In this document: positions 24,488 to 36,700 of the stretch, piece by piece
How the letters are laid out: every line of letters begins with the position of its first letter
How positions within the stretch are numbered: position 1 is the stretch's first letter
Source: Camelus dromedarius
Taxonomy: Eukaryota
Direction: 5' to 3'
Length of the DNA stretch: 64,000 nucleotides
Assembly: GCF_036321535.1 (NCBI RefSeq)
Contig: NC_087466.1
Coordinates: 15,810,001-15,874,000, forward strand
The notes under the pieces: generated by a model
Database searches by the model: none
The model's input: only the letters and a program-made list of their open reading frames with translations
What the model was told of the DNA's origin: nothing
Position numbers and translations under genes: made by a program

Positions 24488-27400
24488 TAATTGAGGCAGG
24501 ATTAGTCTTTTGGAAGATAGATATTTACTGGTCCAGGAACTGGAAGAGCTCTTAGCCGGGAGAAACCACAGTAGAAGTAGCAGGCAGAATGCCCCAGATA
24601 AGCTTCCCCCTAAGCAAGCCCTGTCCTTGTCTAGGCAGCCTCCCCCGGTCTCACTCCAATCCCCCAGCAGCAGCCGCCACCAGTTCTGAGGTGCCTGCCC
24701 TCTAGCTCACTGTTTCAAGGAAATAGAGCATCGGAGACCTTAGTGGTTTCAGCGTGAGTGTAAACATCCCCAGCTGCCAGACAAGATGACGTCAAATCTA
24801 GGCCTGGCTGGCCATGGCCTTGGGGAGACTCCCTGAACAGAAAGACCAGATGCCCTGGGAGGGGGGAGAGCGGGGGTCACTGGGAAAGGCAGCACAAGCT
24901 GGGAACTGCCAGTTCAGCACCTTGAAAACACATTTGAAGGTTCCATCCATTCTCAAGGACCCCAGGACATGAAATATTTTTGTTTCCAAAACCACCAAAG
25001 TCAGAAATTATATATTTCTTCCTTTTCATGCTCATCCCTATTCAGAGCATCAGATTAGCATGAGCTTGACAGCGTGATCTCTCAGAGCTGGTGTCATTCT
25101 ATCTAAAGCAAAGTCTGTACAGCTTTGATGTTAAAAGAACTGACCTGAGTCCCATTCTGCCTGGGTCCACTCCTGGCCTAAAACTTTGTGACCTTGAGCA
25201 ATTTCCTGTACATCTTAGACTCTCAGTTTTCTTATCTGAAAAATGTGGAGAATACTAAGTAGCTCACAGGATCATGGTTGGAATTAATGTTTCTTCAGTT
25301 ATGTCCTATCATTTGCCACATGGTCACACCAACTAACAAAACATAGGCCCCGCCCCCATAGTGCGTGGTGAAGAAAGGCAGACAATAAACCAGTAAATAT
25401 TTAAGTCAGCAGCTGGTGGGAAGTACCACGGAGACAGATAAGGCACAGAAAGGTGGAAAGGGTGTCATGGGCGGGGAGGAGTTATTTCACTTCAGGGTGG
25501 TCTGGGAAAGCCTTTCTGATAAGATGACTTCTGAGCAGACTCCTGAGTGAAATAAAGAAGCAATTCATGGGACCATGTTGGGGAAACTCTTCCAGGCAGA
25601 GAAATGAGCATGTGCAAAAGTCCTGAGGCAGGGTCATGCCTGATATGTTCAAGGATAGGTAAGAAGGCCAATGTAGCTGGAATGAAGTGGGCAAGGGGGC
25701 AGGTAGACTAGATGACATCAGAGAGGTGGCAGGGGCAAGGTGTGTAGGACCTGGCAGCCTTCTATAAAGACTTTAGCCTTTACTCCGAGTGAGATGGGAG
25801 CCATTGGAGGATTTTGAGCAGAGAAGGAAGATGATGTGATAGGTTTTAAAGGCTCCCTCTGGCTGCCACGTAAGACTAGACTGTAGAAGGGCCAGGTAGC
25901 AGGGAGAGCAGTTGGCAAGCTATTGGGATTATCCAGGTGAGAGACAAGAACACCTTTGATTAAATTGGTAGTAGGTAGTAAGAGGTGGTCAGATTCTGGA
26001 TATGTCTGAAGGAAGAGCTGGCAGGATATGCTGATGGATTGGATATAAAATATATGTGTGTGTGAGAGAGAGATCAAAGATGATTCCAAAGTGTTTAGCT
26101 TGAGGAATAGAGTGGCCATTTACTGAGGTGGGAAGACAATTTATGTAAAGAACGTAGATAGATGTGGGCATGAAATAAGTGCTCAGTAAATATAAGCCAT
26201 TCTTTGTATTGATGATTTTGGTTTCCTGGGCTGTCTAAATTCAGTCACCCAAGGCTTTGCCAGTGTTGAGCACACCAGGCAAAAACATCATAGGCATCTA
26301 GCCTGAGTATGTACTGTGTGCCACGTACACGATAGGCAGGATCTTTACTTAGCAGTACCACCCTGCAAGATGTATCAGCGTCCTATGATAAAATAAATAT
26401 TTGTTGAATTTTTAGTATAGACCAGGCATTGGGCATTTTTCACTTAATCCTGTCTCTACCACTAGAATGAAAATTACATGAGAGAGATCTTCTACCTCTT
26501 GTATACTACTGCATACACCTGGCCACATAGTAGCCACCTTAGTTAATATTTTTTAAATAAACTATCATTATTATAGATAGAGGTTGAGTAACTTCCCCAG
26601 GTGAAGCTGCTTCTTAATAAATTATTTGTTGGATAAAGGGGTGAATAAATGCATATTACATTTCCATTTTAGAGAAGAGGAACAGCTAGGGGCAGACCAA
26701 ATTTGAACCCAGGATTTCCTGATTCCGAGCTAGGACCCTTTCCACAGCTACCCTCTGGGGCCTCATACCCTCTTTGGCTGTTTGAGGATGCCTAAGGATT
26801 TGATGATCCTGATTACACCATAACATGTAAAAATCCAGGCCACTCAAGGAAAGAAAGATCCAATGCCGGATCAGATTGTGAAACTCTAGTAATATGACCT
26901 AAATTTTTGTCTTTGTGAAACTGCAGGACTTTAAAGCATTCATTTTATCTAACTTGCTGAAGGTCACACCGGCTGTAAGGGACAGAAACAAAATTGAACC
27001 CAGTCTTCCCACGCTAGAATCTCTGTTTATTTCTCTACTAAAAATTAAGAACTATGTAGGGGTTCTTAATCTGGGGCACAAGGATTCTTAGAGGGTTTTC
27101 GGATATACTTTATGGTACCTTTTCCCCTCAACATTGTCTGCTAAACCATGTGTACTTAGGAGCAGGTGCAGTTTTTGTGGGGAAAGGATTCATATCTTTC
27201 ATTACATTCTTAAAGGAGCCTATGATCAAAAAGTTTACTTTCATTTTATCTTATGTATCTATTTTTTAACTTAAAAAATTTTTAGATGAGTAGAAGGAAG
27301 AAAAAAGAAATGAATGGTGGGCAAGAAGTGTAGAGATAAAAAATAACATGCCAATTTTTGTTACCCGTCGCTATTCATTCATTAACTCACCCATTTATTC

Positions 27401-27859
27401 ATTCAACAAATTTGTGTTGAGCACTTGCTACTCGCCAGGTACGATTCCAGAGTCTGGGAATGCTGCAATGGCAAACTCTTTGTCTCCTCTGATGGAATAT
27501 AAACTCTCTGATGCCGACAAAATAATAATGATGATGACAGTTATTATGTCCAGGTGCCATGAAAAAAATAGCGTAGTCAGAGGATGGGGAGGAGGGGAGA
27601 TGGCATTTTAGAACGCTATTGGTGTTTTGTGCTCAGAACCTCCTGTTGCTGTGCATGGACTTCAACGAAGGGAGTGATCCCAGATGCCAGGGTGTCCTCC
27701 GCAAACCTTTCTTCTCCGCTTAACCTCACCAGGGTGCTGAGCTTAAGGAGAAGGGAGGGCACGGGGAAATGCAGCATGCACGCTCCCTCCAGCTCCACGG
27801 CTTGGAGCTCTCGAATTCGGCCAGGAGGACAGTGCGCAGGCTCCTTGGATTAAAAGGCG

Positions 27860-27962
27860 CTGCCCAATAGGAACTTCCTTTTGAGATTGTGGTCCCGCCC
27901 CTACAGCACATCCTTCCGTTTCCGCTTCCGGCGTTGCGGAGATCCAGGTCGAAGATGGCGGC
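27860..27962 (+). promoter_or_regulatory. COX6A1 proximal promoter
   Basis: CCAAT 27864-27868, GC box 27894-27900, three tandem ETS/GABP-type TTCCG cores 27913-27931, and YY1 consensus AAGATGGCGGC 27952-27962 overlapping the ATG. Lies in a CpG island (~27780-28350). Confidence 0.75.
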
Positions 27963-28054
27963 GGTTGCGTCCCGGGTTTCTGGCCTGCTAGGTCGTTCCC
28001 GGCTGCAATTGCGGCGGCCTATGTCGAGTGGCGCCCACGGCGAGGAGGGCTCAG
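27955..28054 (+). CDS. COX6A1: Cytochrome c oxidase subunit 6A1, exon 1 (mitochondrial presequence)
   Basis: ATG at 27955 gives [33 protein letters not shown]. 100 nt, ending at donor CAG|GTACTG (phase 1). Confidence 0.97.
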
Positions 28055-28204
28055 GTACTGGACCTGGGGTCGCGGGGCGGGTCTCAGTCCCACTCGAGCG
28101 AGGGTAGGCAGGACCGTGACCTTGGTTTGAAGCCTTGGGGGAGGGAGGTGAGACCCGGGCGGGTCCCCGCTCGCTGGGCCTGAGGGTTTGTGCCCCCTCC
28201 TCAG

Positions 28205-28347
28205 CTCGCATGTGGAAGGCCCTCACCTACTTCGTGGCGCTCCCCGGGGTCGGAGTGAGCATGCTGAACGTCTTCCTGAAATCGCACCACGGAGAGGAGG
28301 AGAGGCCCGAGTTCATCGCTTACCCCCATCTCCGCGTCAGGTCCAAG
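28205..28347 (+). CDS. COX6A1: COX6A1 exon 2
   Basis: Acceptor ctcctcag|. Encodes (A)[47 protein letters not shown] (TM helix). 143 nt; donor AAG|GTACCC. Confidence 0.97.
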
Positions 28348-28869
28348 GTACCCCTGCAGTCTCTTCTAGTGTCTGTTCACCTTTCATTCAAAATGCCCTA
28401 GTTCTTCATTCTCTAAAAGCGTCGAAGCCGGGTGTGTTGTTTCTCCTTTAATCCTCCCAAACATTTTTATTTTATTTTCTCCGGTTTTACGGGAGGGAAA
28501 CTTGAGACTCTGGTGTCATGTCTGAAGTTTTCTTCATTGTCATACGATAAGTGTCCTTTAGCTTTCCTTTCCCTGAGTCATTCCACCTTTTGCCCTCTGA
28601 TACTGTACAGTTGTCGGTTGTACAAAACTTGGAGGTTTGAGGAACTCTTAAGACTTTCAGAATCGGAAGGTGGTTCACCTTTCTAAGATCTGGGCATCTG
28701 GTATCTATTAGCAGCTAATGAAGAGACTGACAGCATCTATTCCTCACCTCTATGCTAGTTACCGTCCCAACTATTTCATTCTTTCGCTACTGATGCAAAT
28801 ATAATCATTTGTTTTCTTGCTGTAACTATTTTTAGAAAGAGCACTTTAATAATTGATTTTTTTAAATGA

Positions 28870-28993
28870 TTTTTTTGGAGGGGTGAGAGGGAGGTAATTA
28901 GATTTGTTTGTTTAAGAGGAGGTACTGGAGATTGAACCCAGGACCCCATGCTTGCTAGGCAAGTGGTCTACCACTTGAGCTACACCCTCCCCC
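28870..28993 (-). mobile_element. tRNA-Ala-derived SINE (long form) in COX6A1 intron 2
   Basis: Head plus the ggaggtaattag tail motif. Confidence 0.85.
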
Positions 28994-28999
28994 ACTGTT

Positions 29000-29113
29000 C
29001 TTTTGTTTGTTTTTTTAAACGGAGGTACTGGAGGTACTGGGGATTGAAGCCAGGCCAGGACCTCGTGCATTCTAAGCAATGTGCTCTACCACTGAGCTAT
29101 ACCCACCTCCCCC
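29000..29113 (-). mobile_element. Second, tandem tRNA-Ala-derived SINE in COX6A1 intron 2
   Basis: Directly adjacent to the previous copy; carries small internal duplications (ggaggtact x2, ccagg x2). Confidence 0.85.
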
Positions 29114-29249
29114 TAGAAACTGATTCTTTAATATTACCTCACTCAGCCCAGGTAGGACTGTCCTCACGGAAACTTAACCTCAATTCTTAGATTCAGACAG
29201 AATCTTTGAGCCCCCACCCCCACCCCGGTACAATAGAATTAGAAGGCAC

Positions 29250-29456
29250 ACAGCAAGGTTTCTTAACCTCAGTATTGTTGACATTTAGAGTTGGGTTAAT
29301 TCTTGTTTGGGTGAGGGGCTGTCCTGTAAATTATGGGATGTTTAGCAGCATCCTATCCACTAGGTGACAGTAGTACTGCCTCTCTCCCCAAGATGTCTCC
29401 AGATGTTGGCCTGTGTCCCTAGAGGGGCAAAATCATCCTGGGTTGGAAACCACTGC
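29250..29456 (-). mobile_element. MER20-like hAT MITE in COX6A1 intron 2
   Basis: Ends gtttcttaacc.../...ggttggaaaccactg; internal aggggcaaaatc. Confidence 0.75.
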
Positions 29457-29890
29457 CCTAGAGTAATGCTTTTCAATAGTAGCGTGCAAAATAAATGAGA
29501 GTAAGTTGCAGTTTCCAATCCAGAGAGTTGTTTCAGGTCCAGGAGCCTGCATTTAAGTAAGCATCTCCTCCCCTGTACTCACCTCTACCATTCTGATGGG
29601 GGACAGGTGATGGAAGGATTACACTTTCAGAAACACATCACTGATATACAGTTACCAGGGAGAGGCTTCTGAGTAATGAACTTGAGCTTGCTTTTCCTAC
29701 GGTCTAATGTACGGGCTCTCCTGTAATTTATAAGAGCTCCCTTAAGTTATGGGAGGACTGAAATATGTCAGCAGTTAAAGGACCAATTTCCATTTTGTTT
29801 TTAATGTATTACCCTATTTTAAGCAGCTTGTGGCAGTGCTATTTCGGAACTATTTTCTGGAATTGCCTAATTGACGTGTTCACTCCACAG

Positions 29891-29974
29891 CCCTTTCCCT
29901 GGGGAGATGGTAACCATACCCTATTCCATAACCCTCATGTGAATCCGCTTCCAACTGGCTATGAAGATGAATGA
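29891..29974 (+). CDS. COX6A1: COX6A1 exon 3
   Basis: Acceptor ctccacag|. Encodes [27 protein letters not shown], the hallmark COX6A C-terminus. Spliced CDS is 327 nt = 108 aa. Confidence 0.98.
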   Translation, partial: PFPWGDGNHTLFHNPHVNPLPTGYEDE

Positions 29975-30137
29975 AGAGAACCCGGACCACTACCCAGTGG
30001 GGACCACAGCACTGGTTTGGACCATTACTCTGCACACATGGACCAGAAAAGTGTATGGGACCTTAAGCTCACCTTGTATCCAGTGATGACCATTATACTG
30101 ATCTTCCGTCCCTTTGCTTATAGCAGGAGATGGCTTA

Positions 30138-30143
30138 AATAAA
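30138..30143 (+). terminator. COX6A1 poly(A) signal AATAAA
   Basis: ~165 nt after the stop codon, followed by a GT/T-rich downstream element. Confidence 0.8.
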
Positions 30144-31369
30144 TAACTTAGTCGTGAGCTGAAGTTGCATTCCTTGGTGTTTTTCCCTCAGAAATTAGCA
30201 TGAATGTTATTTCTGTTTCTGCAGTGAAGATCTGTGGCTGCTGTTTCAGGTACAGTTCAGACCTCTGATTAACAGTGTACCAGGCCTGTCCTTGATTTCT
30301 TGTGCCTGAAGTTTAGTAAAGCAGAGACTATAAGTAGATCTAATTTAGGGTCAAAATTGGGTCCTGGCAGACTCTGGATGGCAAAGACACCAGCCTTTGC
30401 TGCAGAATACTCCCTATAGTCAGATAATTTTTTCCATAGGTGTCAAGTTCTCATCTTGGGTCATTAATCAGCAGCCTAAAGGCTGGAAGGAAGTTTTGGA
30501 GAAATAAAGGCAGTATGACACATTTCTGCATGTAGTACAGGCTTTATTGGTTTCTGGAATTAAAACCTTCCTGTAGCCATAAGATTTAGGAGAAACAATA
30601 GTAATAGTTACAAACTCACTGTTAAAGAGCAATTAAGATTTTCCTCTTCACAGTTTAAAACCTTTGAAGTAGCTGATAGTTGGATATAACAATCAGAAAA
30701 AATTATTCCTTCATTAGCAATTACAGTAATATTTGTTTTATTCTCAAGGCTCAACCAGACATTTTTGTGGTAAGATTCGAGAGGCTATATATAAGGTTTT
30801 GACTGGCTTGTGGCCAGTCTTATTTCAGGACAGATATACTTAACTCCAGGTTTCTCCCTCAGCTGCATTCCAAATATCTTTAGTATAATGGACCTTAACC
30901 TGTCAAAATAATCAATGTAAAATGTATTATAATGACATTAAGGGCTGGTCACGTTAAATATGAAATTCTTAATTGATGAAGTGAAGAGGAGATAATAGAA
31001 TCGAGGCCTTCTGTAAGTCAAGTTTCATACTATATAGGCACATAAAAAACAGAACCAAATCATTCAAGATTTGCAGTTGTAGAGACTACATGACATTCTA
31101 AAAGTACGTAGGTGCTCACCTCATTCTGACTTTTTGTGTGTGTGCCAGTATGTAAACTTCTAAAGAAGGTATTTGTGTAGCTTATTGTGGAAATTTTAGA
31201 AATCAATGAGGTTTCCAACTGCTGTACCATACTACCTAGCTTAGGTAAACCTTCATTTTTAAATCATAAAAACATGTAAAACTCTCCCCGGTGTCTACAT
31301 GGGATATGTGGAATTACAGGGTGATAACTTCCATAAAGTGCACTGAGTTCCAGGGGCAAATAATAGAAA

Positions 31370-31375
31370 TTTATT
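31370..31375 (-). terminator. Candidate TRIAP1 poly(A) signal AATAAA
   Basis: ~830 nt after the stop codon, with an upstream UGUA (gtctgtaattatgaagctggaataaa on the minus strand). Confidence 0.6.
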
Positions 31376-32207
31376 CCAGCTTCATAATTACAGACATTAC
31401 AGGGCAGGGGGAGCAGACAAGGAAAATAAAGCAAACTTTTCTCTCCCCCATTTAACCAGATGCAGCATTTTGGCATTTTTATGACATACAAGTTAACTTA
31501 ACTCATCAACTTAGGGTGAAAGCTGGCAACAGCAAGTCTTTGCAATATAAGATAATCCTCCATAGCTACTCCAAGGATCTTAATTTCTGAACTACAGTAT
31601 GAGCTATGAAAGTATGGTGCTCACTGCAGAATTCTTGAAGCTTTCACATCTTAGTGAGATCTGACACTATTTGTTAAGGCAGGGAACTGTTAAAAGCTGT
31701 CTTCCTCTAGGTTAACCCAGTCCACCAGCAATCTTAACAGTTAAGTTACTATATAAAAGTAAAACTCTGCTCCCAAGCATTATTGAAAATGTGCTGGGAA
31801 CCTTTTCCAGAGCATAAGCTCCCTGAGAGAAAAGAGATCCTAAGCAGTTGCTTCCATGGACAATAACTCCAGTACAGTGTACATGTCCTTTGCAGCATAA
31901 CTCAAGAGGTCGGGAAACTTGCTCATCCTGACAAGCTTATCAGGTATTTTAAAAACTCATCACAGGCCAAGTATTGCAACCACAATCCTAAATGATCACA
32001 TTATTTAGCACGTTGAGTTTCTGCAGAGATGCCAAAGCCAGAAATCTCAAAGCAAAGAGTGACAGTTCATTAACAGTGAAAAATATCAATGAGGAAACTG
32101 CTCCCTCCTAAACTCATCAAATGGATCGCTTCACAGCTTTAATTGACACAATCCAGAGTTCTCAATTTCCTGATTCGAGGAGTCCATTTTCAAGGTGACT
32201 GTCAAGG

Positions 32208-32291
32208 TCAAGAAGAGCTTTCAGGCTTTTCTTTGCCATGGCCCATGAACTCCAGTCCTTCAATGGGAATCTCCTTCTCCTTTATTGCTTT
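32208..32291 (-). CDS. TRIAP1: TRIAP1 exon 2
   Basis: Acceptor cccattag|. Encodes KAIKEKEIPIEGLEFMGHGKEKPESSS*. Total protein 76 aa. Confidence 0.96.
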   Translation of the reverse strand, partial: KAIKEKEIPIEGLEFMGHGKEKPESSS

Positions 32292-33143
32292 CTAATGGGA
32301 GAATAAAACACATGATAAAGATCTACATGAAGCCTGAAGGCCAAACTTTATAAATATAATAGTACAAAAGTAAATCTGGACCATAAAGATTCCCAAACGT
32401 GATTCAGACCCCATACTTTTCAACACAAATATGATTAAGAAGAAATTAACGTAAGAACAGAGAGATTGGAAAGAATCAAAATTAAGAAATGGAATTTAAA
32501 CAGTGTCACCACTCTACAGTGACAGACACAAGTTGAAATCCGTTCCAGGACTTGCTGGCTATGTAACTGAGCAAGTCTCACTTTGCTATCTGTATAGGGG
32601 ATAAAGACATCTTGGAATTATTCTGAGGATGTTTTTTAAGTTAACTAATTGGGAGTGCCTTGCGCAGGCTATTCTTACAATTCAAAACAGTTTCACGTTC
32701 ATTGGGCTGGAATGAAAATTTCCGAATTAGCCTAGAGAGAAAATAAGTCAATGAAGGGATTGTAACAAAACGAGACCCTCCATGATGTCTAATAGGCCAG
32801 CGAGGCTAACACCCCGCGACTCGCCCGTCAGCAACAGTGGAAAAGTACACCACCGCAAACCAAGGAAACTTGATTCTAGTGACCTTCGACTAATCCCTTC
32901 CTATTTCTGGCCGTGAGTGTTCCATGCATAAAATATGAATAAGTATGCCCACGTTGAAAGTTCAGGTTGAGCACCAAATGAACCAAAGAATGTTACTGGG
33001 CTCCATAAAAAGTAAAACGCTGCAAAAATAATTAACTTTGTTGTTCGAGAGATACCAGGCAGCCCTGGTGGTGATGGCAGGCGAGAGAACTACCACAGGT
33101 CTCCCTGAGGCTTTTCTTCACCCTGCCCGTCCCAACCCCCTTA

Positions 33144-33440
<297 letters not shown>

Positions 33441-33527
33441 ATGTGGGCGCGGGCTGCGTGCCTGGGCCTTCGGGCTTCGGCGGCGGCCCGGCGCCGGGGC
33501 TTCACCTCCGCTGGGGCGGATCCTCAG
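33441..33527 (+). CDS. GATC: Glutamyl-tRNA(Gln) amidotransferase subunit C, mitochondrial, exon 1
   Basis: MWARAACLGLRASAAARRRGFTSAGADPQ, an Arg-rich presequence. 87 nt; donor CAG|GTAAAG. Confidence 0.93.
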
Positions 33528-33620
33528 GTAAAGGCCGGGGCTCCCGGGCGGGTGCTGAAGCGGGGCGGGAGGCGGAGCAGGCCCCACCCGTGACCCACAC
33601 CGTCCGCCTCATCCCCCCAG

Positions 33621-33793
33621 GGAAGTGGCCGGGTCACGGCCGAGCTGATCGAGCACCTGGAGCGGCTCGCTCTTGTGGACTTCGGCAGCCAGGAGGCCGT
33701 GGCGCGGCTGGAGAAAGCCATCGCCTTTGCCGACCGGCTCCGCGCCGTGGACACGGACGGGGTGGAGCCCATGGAGTCAGTCCTGGAGGACAG
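33621..33793 (+). CDS. GATC: GATC exon 2
   Basis: Acceptor atccccccag|. Encodes [58 protein letters not shown]. 173 nt; donor CAG|GTAAGC. Confidence 0.97.
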
Positions 33794-36700
33794 GTAAGCT
33801 CGCGGCTGCGGCCCTCAAAGCCTGGCCTGTGGCGCCTTCGCTACCAGTTAAGGTGGAGATTAGTGTCTCATTTCACGAAGGGGAAAAGAGCATTAGCGTG
33901 GTAAAAGAACTTGCCCCCCGTCACCCCGCGGGTAGGTGCTTTCACTCTTTCTCTTATTCATTATGGATCCTGTCCCTCCCTTTGAAATTCTCGAGGCCTC
34001 CCAGTGTAACTGGGAACAAAATCCGAACTGCTAAGCTTCACCTTTGAGGCCCAGCTTCCTAGAGTCCCTCCCTAACTTTCCATTCCCACATAATATTCGT
34101 ATCACTCCAGTCACACTGGCTTCCCTCACTGTTTCTCCAACACGCCGGATGCGTTCCCTCTCTAGGATCTTTGCACTTGCTGTTCCTGTCTTCTTGGCTG
34201 GTTTTAGCCTCTCCTGACCAAATACCCTCTCCCCTTCCAGTCACTAACTCCTTATCCTCTTGGGTTTTTTTCTAATATTTTTCTTGATTATCTTATTTTT
34301 GTTGATGTTGTACTGTTTCTTGTTATTAGAACGTGAGCTCATGTCTGACTTGCTTACTGCTGGATTTCTGCCTCAAAAATTTTAAATGCACATATTTTCT
34401 GACCTAGCAGTTCCCTATGGAAATCTGTGAAAGTGCTTAATGATGTGTGCGCAAGCGTCCAGGGTTTGCAAATCTGCTTATAATACAAAACAACAGAAAA
34501 GAAACAAACAAACAAAAAAACCCAGAAACAGTCTTTCTTGGCTAAATACCTCACCATACACTGGAATATTTGGCAATTAAAAATAATGAAATTATATATG
34601 CTGATATAGAAAGGTCTCCAAGATGTACTTAATAAAAAAGGCAAAGTTCAGGACATCGTATGTGATATTATTGATACTTTATTTATGTGTAATCTATTTT
34701 ATATATTCTGGTGTATGCATTAAGTTTTGTTTTGTTCCTTGAAAGGGCATGCAAGAAACTGTTAACAATGTTAATGTTAAAGAAAGTGGAAATGCAGAGG
34801 GAAGTTCTAACTTTTCCTTTTATACTTAGCACTCAAAAACACAAATAAGAGAGCAGAGAAATAACCCAAGTAGTGAAGTCGTGTCGTGTAATGCAATAGA
34901 GGGGGCAGGTCATTGACAAAGCAGCCTGTGAATACTGTTCTTAAAGGGTGCAACTTCTACCCACCTCTACCAGTTGTTGCCAAATCTTAATACATTTAAA
35001 AAGAGACTGTATTTTTTGAAAAGCAGACTTGTTTGCTGTTTGGGACTACAATTTCTTAGGAAGGGTGGGTATGTAGTTCATAAAGATAGGGGCAGTCTAC
35101 AACTCTGTCCTAGCCTTTTCCTGATGGAATTAAAACAAAAAAAAAAAAAACAAAAAACTACTACAGGTGGGAGTAGCTGCCATTAATGCTGGTAGGAGAT
35201 CCACCTCCTCTGTAACTATAGCCTTCGTGTAAAGTGCTTGCTAGCCTCATGGTCTCACTCCAGTCTTTGATTTCTTCATATCCTCTATTTTGTAAAGTGA
35301 TGCTTAAGTCTAGGGAGGTTAACCAATTTGTCCAAAGTTACGGTGTTTCAAAACAAATCTGGTATCATTCTCCTACCCAAGCCCTTGAGATGGCTCCCCG
35401 GTGCTCTTTAGACTAAGGAGGAAACTTTCACCTCACCTAGGAGGCATCATTTAACCACACCCCTGCCCACTTCTTCAAGACAGTGATTCCTCAGAGCTCT
35501 CCATTCTTTAGCCTTCTTAGAATTCTGGCCTCTTGTTTTTACTGCCCCTTCATCCCACCCACTTCTCTTTTTTGCCTACTTAACCTCCTTTCTTTAGATT
35601 TCAGCTGCCACTTCCTTAAGGAAGTTTCATTCTTTTATATTCGAGTCGGGTTCCCTTTCAGGACCTGTGGCTCACATGGTATTTAAAAGAGCCGTAAGCA
35701 TATTTTTATACATCTGTTTAAGTGATCTTTGATTCTCTGCCCCTCTCCTGCTGCTCATCTTCTTCTAACACTGAGCACTCAGTAAATGTTTGTTGAATAT
35801 TCTTTACTAATATCTACGGGAAAGGGAATAAAAGTGCAAAGAGGAGTCAGTTTCCTCAGTCATCTAGAGGTTAACTATAAAGAAATGCAACTGTTACTCA
35901 GGGAAGTCTGTGGAAAGGTTGAAGAGGGATTTGGATCCAGTCATTGGAATAGTGACCTGGTATTCAATGATTTACAGTCTTGCCATAAATTAGGAAACCA
36001 GTAGGGTAATGATTCCATTTCAAATGTGTGACATTTGTAGGATTTTCGTGTTTTGGACATACTGCCTTCACTGACATTTGAAATGGAACCTAGTTAAGTC
36101 AAGTGTTAAAAGGGTTTTAGGTGATAGTCACACTAGCTATAAAGGCCTTGACTGGCTAATAGAAATCTCTTGGCACATTAATAACTCGTCACTTGTTTTG
36201 AGCTAAAAAGTATTAGTGTGCTTACATACCAGGCACTAAGATTTTATATGCATTATATCTGTTATCAGATACAATCCTGAAAGGTAAATACTATTATCCT
36301 TTTATGATGAAGATGAAGAAACTAAGGCTCAGGAAGGTTGTTACCCTCGACAAAGTTCCACAGGTAGTAAGAGGAGAATCCAAGACTTGGAACTCAGAGC
36401 TGCTCTCAAATACTGCTCTAGCTATGCCACCTCAAGTCGGCCTTTAGAAACTTTATTCTTTTTCATCTCAAATCCAGAGACTGACTCAGATGATGGCATC
36501 TCTGATTGCAGTCACATACTTCAATCCTTAGGATGTCCCTCAGAACCTTATTTACCAAATCAATTAGCTCTCAATTCCAGTCTGCATGAAACTAGAAATA
36601 AATGGAAAGACTTGTAGATGGAAGTAGAGTGGCGCCAGAGAAACAACTCCTGGCAGCCTGATTCCAGGGAAGAGGCAGAAAGAAACAAAAACAGCGGCAG

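Noticed and set aside
1-27000. MSI1 coding exons expected by synteny
   Set aside because: No segment translating to Musashi RRM motifs was found; the gene presumably lies outside the window.
32549-32580. p53-like half-sites GGACTTGCTG ... GAGCAAGTCT in the TRIAP1 intron
   Set aside because: Long spacer, and embedded in a MIR-like core where such words are common.
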